From assembly GCF_046119375.1 (NCBI RefSeq), contig NW_027362761.1, positions 513,422,001 to 513,486,000 of the forward strand: a stretch of DNA of 64,000 nucleotides, written 5' to 3'. The position numbers and the translations under genes are program-made. The DNA is from Phyllobates terribilis. Lineage: Eukaryota. This document shows, one piece after another, positions 10,951 to 21,189 of this stretch; position 1 is the stretch's first letter, and each line of letters begins with the position of its first letter. Below the pieces are notes generated by a model. That model did not search any database. It worked only from the letters and a program-made list of their open reading frames with translations, and was not told the DNA's origin.

Positions 10951-12770
10951 CTCTCGTTGGATGCTGAGAAAGCATTCCATAGAGTCTCCTGGCACGCCAT
11001 ATATGATTCTCTTAAAAAGCTTGGGGTAGGGGTCTAGGGGACCCTTTTATAGCCAAAATCACGGCCCTGTATCACAATACGTCACCTAGGCTGAAGATAA
11101 ATGGAACTGTAGCACCGAGGGCTCGGTTGCTACAGACGTATTGCACCTCACCCAGAGGTGTGATATCTCACTCTCAGATAAGGATGGAGTGTGGATCAGG
11201 ACCCGACACCTGCATGCATTACACCACATTGCCGTGGGGCAGGGCGACCAATATGCCCCTGAGATGGGCACGACAGTCCCTGTCCCTGGCTGGAGTGGGG
11301 GGAGGGAACACTGAGGAAGGGGAACCCTGCAGTGCAGGAGCAGGGAGGAAGCAGTTCCTGGGTGCATTGAGAAGGGAGTATAAAAGGTGGGCACCATCTT
11401 AGTTCAGTGCAGAGAAGTCTGAGCAGAAGTGGCAGGGAGCAGGGGCTCTGCATGAGCTCTGCTCCGGAGGCGGGCCTAGTAACAGAGGCCCAGGCCTGCA
11501 AGAGGGAGAAGGAAGGAAGAGGAGCGGAGAAGGCTCCAGGAACGAGGAATGAAGGGATCCCAGGGGTGCGGACGGGCGAGTCGCCACCGCACGCCCGAAT
11601 CCACCTGCGTGGAGGGGTCAGGCCAAAGGGGGAGACCGGTCCCCGAACTAGTGGAGGCAGGAAACGACCCTCAGCTAGAAACCGGAGGCTCTGACATTTT
11701 ATGTGGCGCAGCCCCTTGCTCCACCCGCTAGGAAGGCACCACATAGGGTCAGGGAAACTGGCGCCAAGTTTACCAAGAGGAGGCCCGAGGCAGCCGGACA
11801 GAAGTGTTGGTAAGAAAGGCCAGACAAAGGACACACAAAGGGGGTCCTGTGAAGCGCTCCAAAGTTATCTGGGAGTTGTCTGAGCCCCTCACCTGGTGAG
11901 CACAGTACGACGTGGGCAGCCGTTACCTGCAGACGTGGTCTGGATAATAAGAACTGTGAGTAAAGGCCCTGAACTGCATCACTGACTCCGTGTCGTTACT
12001 GCTGCTGCCCTGCACCATCACCCCCATCCTCCGCATACACTGCCCTGAGGCTATACTCCTCCCGTGGGGAGTTATGCTACGCTCTGCTGCACCCACAACA
12101 CCAGCCTTAGCGGTCTGCCCTGTAGCGGCGGTTCACTCTGACCGCAATCCACGGGTGGCGTAGTCGGACATTTAAACATCAAAACCACATAAATAGTTCC
12201 GCCACTGGTTTGACCGCCCTGAGCCACGGAACCGGATCGCCGCCACGAAGACTACAACCACCAGCATCCACCAAAAAGGGTCCGGCTCCGGGTGTCCCAA
12301 GGCCCAGGGGGTGCGTCAGAACATTTTCATCACCTTTCACAATCACCAATGGGACAAGGCAGGGATGTCCTCTGTCCCCTCTCTTATACATCCTAGTGAC
12401 GGAGCACCTGCTCTCATCAATTCGCCATAACCCCAATATTAGGTGGATTGAGGTGGGAGGCACCGAGTACAAGTGCTCTCTATTTGCTGATGATGTCCTA
12501 GTATATATCACTCAATCACATATATCCATCCCTGCTGTTATGGCTGAAATAGATCACTTTGTTACATGGTAAAATTTTAAAATCAATGCAGCGAAGTCTG
12601 AGGCCCTCGATGTCTCCCTCCCTAAATCCATATAGGATTCCATCCAGTCCAACTTTCCCTTTGCCTGGCCCTCACAGGGTATCAAATACTTAGGAATTCC
12701 TATTCATAGAGACCTCTCCCATCTATGTTATCTTAATTTTGGGCCCTTTATTGAACAATTCCATACAGAC
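10951..12770 (+). mobile_element. L1/Tx1-clade LINE ORF2 RT fragment, interrupted by a solo LTR
   Basis: LSLDAEKAFHRVSW at 10951. After removing the LTR, KING|TFSSPFTITNGTRQGCPLSPLLY...FADDV, then IKYLGI. Confidence 0.9.
11108..12318 (+). mobile_element. Solo LTR (1211 bp), Gypsy type
   Basis: TGTAGCACC...GGGGGTGCGTCA termini; perfect 4-bp TSD GAAC; end motif resembles the LTR end of the 8587-27715 element. Confidence 0.88.
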
Positions 12771-12840
12771 CACGGTTGGCACGTTAGAACTGTAAGATTC
12801 ACTACGTGAACCACTGGTGTTTTGTGGAAAAGCACATGTA
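12770..12840 (-). pseudogene. Diverged fragment of a second hAT transposase copy (piece A)
   Basis: Similar to 14992-15062 with several substitutions; ends at the TA where the Tc1 begins. Confidence 0.75.
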
Positions 12841-14200
12841 CACCGCGTTCCAAATTATTATGCAAAAAGTGTTTAGGAGTGATAAGGGAAGAATTTGTTT
12901 GTTTGTCAGTTAAACTCATTGATGGTGATGTGTGTCAGGGCTCTTTATATCACTGTAAGCAATTGCAGACACCTGTGCTAATTAGTTTGGCAGGTGTGTC
13001 CAATGAAAGGCAAGACTACTTAAGAAGGCTCTCTCACATTATTAAGCAGCCTACATTTTCTGCCAAAATGGGAAAGAAAAAGGATGTGTCGGCTGCTGAG
13101 AAGCAACAAATTGTGGAGTGTTTAGGTCAAGGCATGACTACAATCAACATTGTGCGATGATCAGGATGAAGTGTCTTGGCAATCAAGAAGTATGTAGCTG
13201 ATTCACAGTACACACGTGTGCGTGCTGATAAGGGCAAATTGAGGACTCTTTCCTACAGGCAATTACGTCAGGTTGAAAGAGCAGCGGCAAAAAAGCCTTG
13301 TCATAGCAGCAGACAAGTTTTTGAAGCTGCTTGTGCCTCCAACGTCCCCCGAACAACAAGATGCAGGGTCCTTCAGAGGTTTGCAGCTGTGCATACGCCA
13401 TCCTGTCGACCTCCTCTATCCACTTCACACAAGCAGAAACGGCTCCAGTGGGCCAAACATTACATGAAGACTGATTTCAAAACTGTTTCGTTCACGGATG
13501 AGTGCCGTGCAGCGCTCGATGGTCCAGATGAATGGAGTGGAGGATGGCTGGTTGATGGACACCCCACGCAAACACGGCTACAGCGCCAACAAGGAGGAGG
13601 TGGAGTAATGTTTTGGGCTGGAATCATGGGGAGAGAGATTGTCGGCCCCTTTAGGATCCCTGAAGGCGCTAAAGATGAACTCCATAATGTATGTGGATTT
13701 TCTCAAACAGCACTTCCTGCCATGGTTCAAGAAGAAGAACCGTGTATTTCACAGCAAGATCATTTTTCTGCATGATAATGCACCATCTCATGCTGCACAT
13801 AAAACATCTGCATCTCTGGCTGATATGGGCATAAAAGGGGACAAACTTATGGTGTGACCCCCATGCTCCCCTGACCTCTACCCCATTCAGAACCTTTGGA
13901 GCATCATTAAAAGGAGTGTCTATGATGGCGGGAGGCAGTTCACATCTAAGCAACAGCTCTGGGAGGGTATTCTGTCCTCATGCAAAACAATTGAAGCAGA
14001 AACCATCCAAAACCTGACAAATTCAATGGACGAGAGAGTTCAGAAGCTCCTTTCGAACAAGGGGTCCTATGTGAAAATGTAACATCACCTAGAATAAAGT
14101 TTTGAGTTGAAAACTGTTTGATTTCAGTTTCTAACAACCTGCTAATGCTTATAATTTCAAAAATGACCATTTTTTTGGTCTTTATTAAAATGAAAAGGTT
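12841..14200 (+). mobile_element. Tc1-like transposon family D, decayed, one TIR missing
   Basis: TA-CACCGCGTTCCAAATTATTATGCA start; MGKKKD N-terminus at ~13068, FTDECR, LHDNAPSH and SPDLYPIQNLW motifs in shifted frames. Confidence 0.85.
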
Positions 14201-14214
14201 GATCGAAAAGTTTG

Positions 14215-14336
14215 GGGGATCTAAGAGTGTGGCAACCCAGTAGTCATGATTACTTCGAATTCTGACAATATGAGGGTCATGCTGCAGGTAGTGCAGCAAG
14301 AAGGCACTTATGTGTCTTGCGCATCTCGGAGCCCCA
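14215..14336 (-). pseudogene. Diverged fragment of a second hAT transposase copy (piece B)
   Basis: Similar to 15151-15272 (FLLHYLQHDP.IVRIR.N.DYWVATLLDP). Confidence 0.8.
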
Positions 14337-14539
14337 AAATTATTTTCCGGGCTAGATGCAGCTAAAAATTATTTTTAATTTTAAATCTGGTGAAGCTTAT
14401 TATAGATGGCCTAATAGGATCAGTGCTGCACACTGCTACAAAGCCCAAATTATTTTCCAGTCAAGATACAGATAAACATGATTAGTAATTTGAAAGCTTA
14501 AAACGGTTGGTAGGGTGATTTTAACCAATCATCAAGCTT

Positions 14540-17500
14540 TTACTCTCCCCAGGATGACACAGGGGTAGAAAAGTCGTTTCGGATCCATGATTTGTTCATC
14601 TTTATGAACGTGAGTCTGTCTACATTATCAGTGGAGAGAAGCGTGCGCTTATCTGTCAGCACACCACCAGCAGCGCTGAACACACGTTCAGACAGAACGC
14701 TGGCTGCGGGGCATGACAAGATCTCCAAGGCGTAAGTGGCTAGCTCCGGCCATTTATCCAGATTGGAAGCCCAAAAAGAGCAAGGGTCCAGTGACACAGT
14801 CGTGGCTTCAATGTTTACTTGGAGATACTCCTGTACCATCGTCTCTAGGCGTTGACTATGTGTCAGACTTCTTGTCTCCTGTGGCCTTGCAAAGGATGGG
14901 CTAAAAAAGTGGTGAAATGATTCCGCAAAATTGATGTTACCAGCAGATACTGTGGTTCTGTTACGGTTTGAGTGCTGAACACTTGACGGTCCCACGGTTG
15001 GCAAGTTGGAACTGTGAGATTCACTACGTGCACCACTGGTATTTTGTGGAAAAGCACATGTAAGATTCTGCAACAGTCTCTGCTGATACTCCTGCATGCG
15101 TGCATCCCTTTCTATGGCAGGAATAATTTCTGCAAATTTACTTTTGTACCGGGGATCTAACAGTGTGGCAACCCAGTAGTCAGGATTATTTCTAATTCTC
15201 ACAATTCGAGGGTCATGTTGCAGGTAGTGCAGCAAGAAGGCACTCATGTGTGTTGCGCATCCAGGAGCACCAAGTCCCTGTTGTGTTGGTGGCGAGGTAA
15301 CAATCATGCTTCCTTCCTCTGTCCTCTCCCCCCAACCTCGCACAACAGAAATGTGATCAAGGTCTCCCTCATCTGATGAGTCTTCCATCAGTTCGTCCTC
15401 CACTTCTTCCTGGGCTCCTGCACCTTCCTCGCTAGTTTGGCTGCTACCATGCGCCCTGGTAAAATCATCTCCCCCACCCTCACATGCCTGCCGCCTTGGT
15501 GCTGCCGACCGTCTGGACCTTGCAGATGTTAGCCCTTCCGCATACAACTCCTCCTCCTCTACTTCCTCCACCTCCTCTTGTGCCACCACCTGACTCCGAA
15601 TTCTGTTTAACATGTGCTCCAGCATGTAAATCACCGGAATAGTCATGCTGATAATGGCATCGTCAGCACTAAACATCTTCGTCGCCATTTCAAAACTGTG
15701 CAGAAGGGTGCATAGGTCCCTGATCTGAGACCACTCCTCCAGCGTGATTTGCCCCACCTCTGAATCTCGTTGGCCCAGGCTATACGTCAGAACGTATTGC
15801 ACCAGGGCTTGTCGGTGCTGCCACAGTCGCTGCAACATGTGCAGAGTTGAATTCCACCGGGTAGGCACATCGCATTTTAGCCGGTGAAGTGGCAGGCCCA
15901 ACGACTTCTGTAGAGATGTAAGTCGCTGAGCTGCGGGATGCGAACGGCGGAAGTGAGCACACAGCGACCGTGCCCTCTGCAGAAGGCCATCTAGTCTGGG
16001 ATAGTGGGCTAAAAATTGCTGGACAACCAGGTTCAACACGTGAGCCATACAAGGCACGTGTGTGACATTGCCCCGGCGAAGGGCCGCACCCAGGTTTGCA
16101 GCATTGTCGCACACGGCCTTCCCTGGTTTCAGGTCCAGTGGAGACAACCATTCATGAAATTGGTTCTCCAGAGCTGACCACAACTCCTCAGCTGTGTGAC
16201 TCACATTTCCCAGACATTTCAATGTAAAAACCGCCTGATGACGTTGAGCCCTACTGCCAGCATAGTAAGGAGGTGTGCAGGATCCCTTCTGCGCAGTTAG
16301 AAAGCTTGTGGCATGACCAGACAGGCTTTGGGTGCAGGTGGAAGACCGAGAGGAGGTTGAGGAGGCAGAAGCAGTGCAGGAACTTTGACATAAAGAGGAT
16401 TGACGCACAACTCGTGGGGACGGCAAGACTTGGACAGCAGCCCCTTGTCCTGCTGTCACCATAGTTACCCAGTGCCCAGTCAGCGACATGTAACGCCCCT
16501 GTCCATGCCTACTCGTCCAAGTGTCTGTGGTGAAATGCACCCTGTCACACACAGAGTTTCTCAAAGAAGCGGTGATGTTGTGTGCGACATGCTGGTGGAG
16601 CGCAGGCACACCTTTCTTTGAGAAGTAGTGCCGACTGGGCATCTGGTACTGGGGCACTGCGACGGACATAAGGTCTCGAAAATCCTCTGTGTCCACCAGG
16701 CGGAAAGGCAGCATTTCTGTAGCCAAGAGCTTGCAGATGGTGAAATTCAACCTCTTAGCTTTCTCATGGCTAGGAGGAAATGGTCTTTTACTTGTCCACA
16801 TCTGAGGGACCGAGGGCTGGCTATTGTGCTTAGACGGGGTTGATAAGGGTGTCCCCGGCAAACTGCCGGTCTGTGAGGAAGATGCAGGCGGACATGTTAG
16901 GTTGCCTTGATCCAAAGGTGGTGCTATCGATGTCGGACAGCGCTCATGACCAGCTGGTGTTACCACCTCCAAAGAAAATGATGACCTGCCAATCACGCTG
17001 GCTGTTGCGGGTAAAGAGGTGGCAGGTCTGCGCCCCAAAACAGGTGTGACTGCTGTCCCCCCAGTCACAGAGGATGAAGAGGCCGCGGATGCACAAGATA
17101 TGGCAAACGGTGGTTGGCCCGGCCGGCTAGGCCGCATTGTAGCACACTGAGCTTCCCACTGCAACTTATGCTTCATGTCCATGTGCCGGTTCATGCATGA
17201 AGTACTCAAACTATGTATTTTTTGGCCTCTACTTAGCTTTTGCTGACAAATGTTACAGATAACACGAGTTGGGTCATCTTTATCGATCTGAAAAAATGCC
17301 CAGGCTATGCAAGGCTTACCACCCATGCGACCTGAAGAGCCACCACGACTTGTGGTGACAGGCAGAGTTGTGTTTGAGGATGCAGTTGTTGACGTGCTTC
17401 CAGTACTACGTCTCTGTCCAGGAAGGCACAACCTGACCTCGTCGTCACTAGCATCTTCCTCCACCTCCTCTGCTGACCTCATCTCTTGACTGACTGTGGG

Positions 17501-18220
17501 TTGACAGTAAGTGGGATCTCCGACCTCATCATCATCACCCTGTGCGTTATCACACCCGTCGTCCTCAGAGCCAACCTGTTCCTGCCCTGACAAAAAACTA
17601 AAGTTGTCGCTCCAATCAGGTATTTGAGTCTTATCATCGTCTTCCTCATTGTCTCCACCAACAGGAGTTACAGTTTGGGAATGAGGGTCTACATTATGGT
17701 CAGAACCTTCTGCGTCTGGTCCTGGATCCGACTCATAAAGATTCTGGGCATCAGTGCAGATCATTTCCTCGTCTGGATTCACAGAAGCGCTGGAGTCGAC
17801 CTCTGATTCCCAGGCTATAGTATGAGTAAACAGCTCTGCAGACTCAACCATCTGTTCTACCTCATACTCAGACGGGCAGCTGGAGATTTGGGAGCTGTGA
17901 GGAAGCAAGTGCGATTTGGGTGACACCTTTGAGGACTGGAGTATTTGTGATGTTGAAGTTGATGTGGAGGAGAGCCCACTTAAAGGAGCACTTGATATCC
18001 GTTGAAGCACCTGCTGTTTTTGTGCCTCATCTGGAATTTGTAGCGATTGGCGTGGCCGTAAGAAAGGGATCTTATCACATTGTCCGCTAAAAGAAGTAGA
18101 CATTTTAGTTTGGCTGGAAGATGGTCTTTCTTCTGCACCTACCCCACGGACACAACCTTTTTTCCCCTTCCCAACACGCCTATTCCCCTTTCCACCAGCA
18201 GCAGGCCTTTTTCCACTCAT
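14540..18220 (-). CDS. hAT transposase (ZBED1/ZBED4-like), 1226 aa, uninterrupted
   Basis: BED finger (WAFF...CNICQ...HMDMKH), catalytic TTDTW / VCDN / SERVFS, CMAH, TRWNS and LDPRYK motifs, C-terminal dimerisation domain (WPELATYA...). Confidence 0.95.
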   Translation of the reverse strand: MSGKRPAAGGKGNRRVGKGKKGCVRGVGAEERPSSSQTKMSTSFSGQCDKIPFLRPRQSLQIPDEAQKQQVLQRISSAPLSGLSSTSTSTSQILQSSKVSPKSHLLPHSSQISSCPSEYEVEQMVESAELFTHTIAWESEVDSSASVNPDEEMICTDAQNLYESDPGPDAEGSDHNVDPHSQTVTPVGGDNEEDDDKTQIPDWSDNFSFLSGQEQVGSEDDGCDNAQGDDDEVGDPTYCQPTVSQEMRSAEEVEEDASDDEVRLCLPGQRRSTGSTSTTASSNTTLPVTTSRGGSSGRMGGKPCIAWAFFQIDKDDPTRVICNICQQKLSRGQKIHSLSTSCMNRHMDMKHKLQWEAQCATMRPSRPGQPPFAISCASAASSSSVTGGTAVTPVLGRRPATSLPATASVIGRSSFSLEVVTPAGHERCPTSIAPPLDQGNLTCPPASSSQTGSLPGTPLSTPSKHNSQPSVPQMWTSKRPFPPSHEKAKRLNFTICKLLATEMLPFRLVDTEDFRDLMSVAVPQYQMPSRHYFSKKGVPALHQHVAHNITASLRNSVCDRVHFTTDTWTSRHGQGRYMSLTGHWVTMVTAGQGAAVQVLPSPRVVRQSSLCQSSCTASASSTSSRSSTCTQSLSGHATSFLTAQKGSCTPPYYAGSRAQRHQAVFTLKCLGNVSHTAEELWSALENQFHEWLSPLDLKPGKAVCDNAANLGAALRRGNVTHVPCMAHVLNLVVQQFLAHYPRLDGLLQRARSLCAHFRRSHPAAQRLTSLQKSLGLPLHRLKCDVPTRWNSTLHMLQRLWQHRQALVQYVLTYSLGQRDSEVGQITLEEWSQIRDLCTLLHSFEMATKMFSADDAIISMTIPVIYMLEHMLNRIRSQVVAQEEVEEVEEEELYAEGLTSARSRRSAAPRRQACEGGGDDFTRAHGSSQTSEEGAGAQEEVEDELMEDSSDEGDLDHISVVRGWGERTEEGSMIVTSPPTQQGLGAPGCATHMSAFLLHYLQHDPRIVRIRNNPDYWVATLLDPRYKSKFAEIIPAIERDARMQEYQQRLLQNLTCAFPQNTSGARSESHSSNLPTVGPSSVQHSNRNRTTVSAGNINFAESFHHFFSPSFARPQETRSLTHSQRLETMVQEYLQVNIEATTVSLDPCSFWASNLDKWPELATYALEILSCPAASVLSERVFSAAGGVLTDKRTLLSTDNVDRLTFIKMNKSWIRNDFSTPVSSWGE

Positions 18221-18334
18221 TTTGGTGGTTAACTAATTCACAACTCTGGAGTTGTTTGCACAAAAAAACAATGGATGGTAACCGAGCAGAGCTGAGTGGC
18301 CAAACTGTGGTATTAGGCCAAAACTATTGGCAGG

Positions 18335-20270
18335 GTTAGATGCAGAAAAAAATTATTTTTAATTTGCAACCTGATGGAGGTCAGTATAGATGGACTAATA
18401 GACCAAGTCCCACACACTGCTAGAAGCCCAAATATTTTTTCAGAGCTAGATGCAGAAATTTTTTTTATTCAATTTGCAACCTGATGGAGGTCAGTATAGA
18501 TGGACTAATAGACCAAGTCCCACACACTGCTAGAAGCCCAAATATTTTTTCAGAGCTAGATGCAGAAAAAAATTATTTTTAATTTGCAACCTGATGGAGG
18601 TCAGTATAGATGGACTAATAGACCAAGTCCCACACACCGCTAGAAGCCCAAATATTTTTTCAGAGCTAGATGCAGAAAAAAATGATATTCAATTTGCAAC
18701 CTGCTGGAGGTCAGTATAGAAGGACTAATAGAACAAGTCCCACACACTGCTAGAAGCCCAAATATTTTTTCAGAGCTAAATGAAGAAAAAAATTATTTTT
18801 AATTTGCAACCTGATGGAGGTCAGTATAGATGGACTAATAGACCAAGTCCCACACACTGCTAGAAGCCCAAATATTTTTTCAGAGCTAGATGCAGAAAAA
18901 AATTATTTTTAATTTGCAACCTGATGGAGGTCAGTATAGATGGACTAATAGAACAAGTCCCACACGCTGCTAGAAGCCCAAATATTTTTTCAGAGATAAA
19001 TGAAGAAAAAAATTATTTTTAATTTGCAACCTGATGGAGGTCAGTATAGATGGACTAATAGACCAAGTCCCACACACTGCTAGAAGCCCAAATATTTTTT
19101 CAGAGCTAGATGCAGAAAAAAATTATTTTTAATTTGCAACCTGATGGAGGTCAGTATAGATGGACTAATAGAACAAGTCCCACACGCTGCTAGAAGCCCA
19201 AATATTTTTTCAGAGATAAATGAAGAAAAAAATTATTTTTAATTTGCAACCTGATGGAGGTCAGTATAGATGGACTAATAGACCAAGTCCCACACACTGC
19301 TAGAAGCCCAAATATTTTTTCAGAGCTAGATGCAGAAAAAAATTATTTTTAATTTGCAACCTGATGGAGGTCAGTATAGATGGACTAATAGACCAAGTCC
19401 CACACACCGCTAGAAGCCCAAATATTTTTTCAGAGCTAGATGCAGAAAAAAATTATATTCAATTTGCAACCTGCTGGAGGTCAGTATAGAAGGACTAATA
19501 GAACAAGTCCCACACACTGCTAGAAGCCCAAATATTTTTTCAGAGCTAAATGAAGAAAAAAATTATTTTTAATTTGCAACCTGATGGAGGTCAGTATAGA
19601 TGGACTAATAGACCAAGTCCCACACACTGCTAGAAGCCCAAATATTTTTTCAGAGCTAGATGCAGAAAAAAATTATTTTTAATTTGCAACCTGATGGAGG
19701 TCAGTATAGATGGACTAATAGACCAAGTCCCACACACCGCTAGAAGCCCAAATATTTTTTCAGAGCTAGATGCAGAAATTTTTTTTATTCAATTTGCAAC
19801 CTGATGGAAGTCAGTATAGATGGACTAATAGACCAAGTCCCACACACTGCTAGAAGCCCAAATATTTTTTCAGAGCTAGATGCAGAAAAAAATTATTTTT
19901 AATTTGCAACCTGATGGAGGTCAGTATAGATGGACTAATAGACCAAGTCCCACACACTGCTAGAAGCCCAAATATTTTTTCAGAGCTAGATGCAGAAAAA
20001 AAATATTTTTAATTTGCAACCTGATGGAGGTCAGTATAGATGGACTAATAGAACAAGTCCCACACGCTGCTAGAAGCCCAAATATTTTTTCAGAGATAAA
20101 TGAAGAAAAAAATTATTTTTAATTTGCAACCTGATGGAGGTCAGTATAGATGGACTAATAGACCAAGTCCCACACACTGCTAGAAGCCCAAATATTTTTT
20201 CAGAGCTAGATGCAGAAAAAAATTATTTTTAATTTGCAACCTGATGGAGGTCAGTATAGATGGACTAATA
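18335..20270. repeat. 110-bp tandem repeat, ~18 units, upstream of the hAT transposase
   Basis: AATTTGCAACCTG recurs every 110 bp from 18361 to 20231; near-identical units. Confidence 0.97.
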
Positions 20271-21189
20271 AAATGATGCTATGCCCAAAAGATTTTACTT
20301 CACTAGGTGCAGTAAAAAAATTGGTATTCTATACACAGGTGGTATATCTTGCAACACAGATAGGCTACTCCACTGACTAACACACTCTGCAATAGGCCAA
20401 AAAGGATTAGCTTTGCTAGATTCAGCCAAATGCTGTGAAAAAAACTTGCACAGCACTGGCACAGACCTGCCTGGCAAAAACTGATAGGAACTGATGTAAC
20501 CTAGTCCTGAAAAGGACTCCAATTACAATTAGTCTTTACTCCCACAATCTATCTATTTAAGAGCACAGACCTGCTTGATAAAAGTCGTAGGAAATGCTGT
20601 AACCTAGTCCTTAAAAGGACTGCAATCACAACTATTCCCTACTCCCAAGCTATCTGTATATTTGTGCGAAAATTGGCTTGAAATTAACAAGGTATAGCGC
20701 ACACAGCAACAGCGGTGCCGTCTAACACGCAGCTGCAGCAGTGAGAAAATGGTGGCGACGGGGAAAATGGCTTGGTCTTATAGGGCAAGGACATGTGACA
20801 TACACTGCCAATCACACATGCCCTTGCTTGTGTGAAAAAAAGCACTTCGCTCCGTGTGTGCGCTGCTGATAGGCTGACAGATTGCACCTCCCCACTGCAA
20901 ATGCGGGAAAGAGAAAAAAAAATGGAGATCTTCATTGTTCCTGCAGAGATCCATCCCCTGCCCCTCCCCCCGCCCCGCTGTACACTCAAACTGCGTATTA
21001 ACATTAATTTTCATCATTACTGAGAAAAAATCCAGTTATGATTTTGGTGCACGAACAGTTATCGAACATAACCTCGAACAGCCGAATTTTTCTCAAATTG
21101 TTCGTGTTCGCCGACCGGCTCGAACACCGCCCAAAACAGCTCGAATTTGAGATTGGCGAACAGTTCGAGTAGAACAACGCTCATCTCTA

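Larger units (their letters stand above)
10066..21189 (-). mobile_element. hAT DNA transposon, 11,124 bp, nested in the Gypsy integrase
   Basis: Perfect 8-bp TSD CTCCTTAA (10058-10065 and 21190-21197); imperfect TIRs TAGTGTTGAGC and TAGAGATGAGC; GTTCG/CGAAC subterminal repeats at both ends. Confidence 0.95.

Noticed and set aside
14540-18220. Domesticated ZBED host gene
   Set aside because: It lies within TIRs and a perfect 8-bp TSD inside a retrotransposon, so it is a transposon ORF; no symbol assigned.
18335-20270. CRISPR-like array
   Set aside because: Units are contiguous near-identical 110-mers with no unique spacers, in a eukaryotic context with no cas genes.
21093-21189. Pol C-terminus RDERCSTRTVRQ... 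as real protein
   Set aside because: It is read-through into the hAT terminus; the true tail is at 10009-10057.
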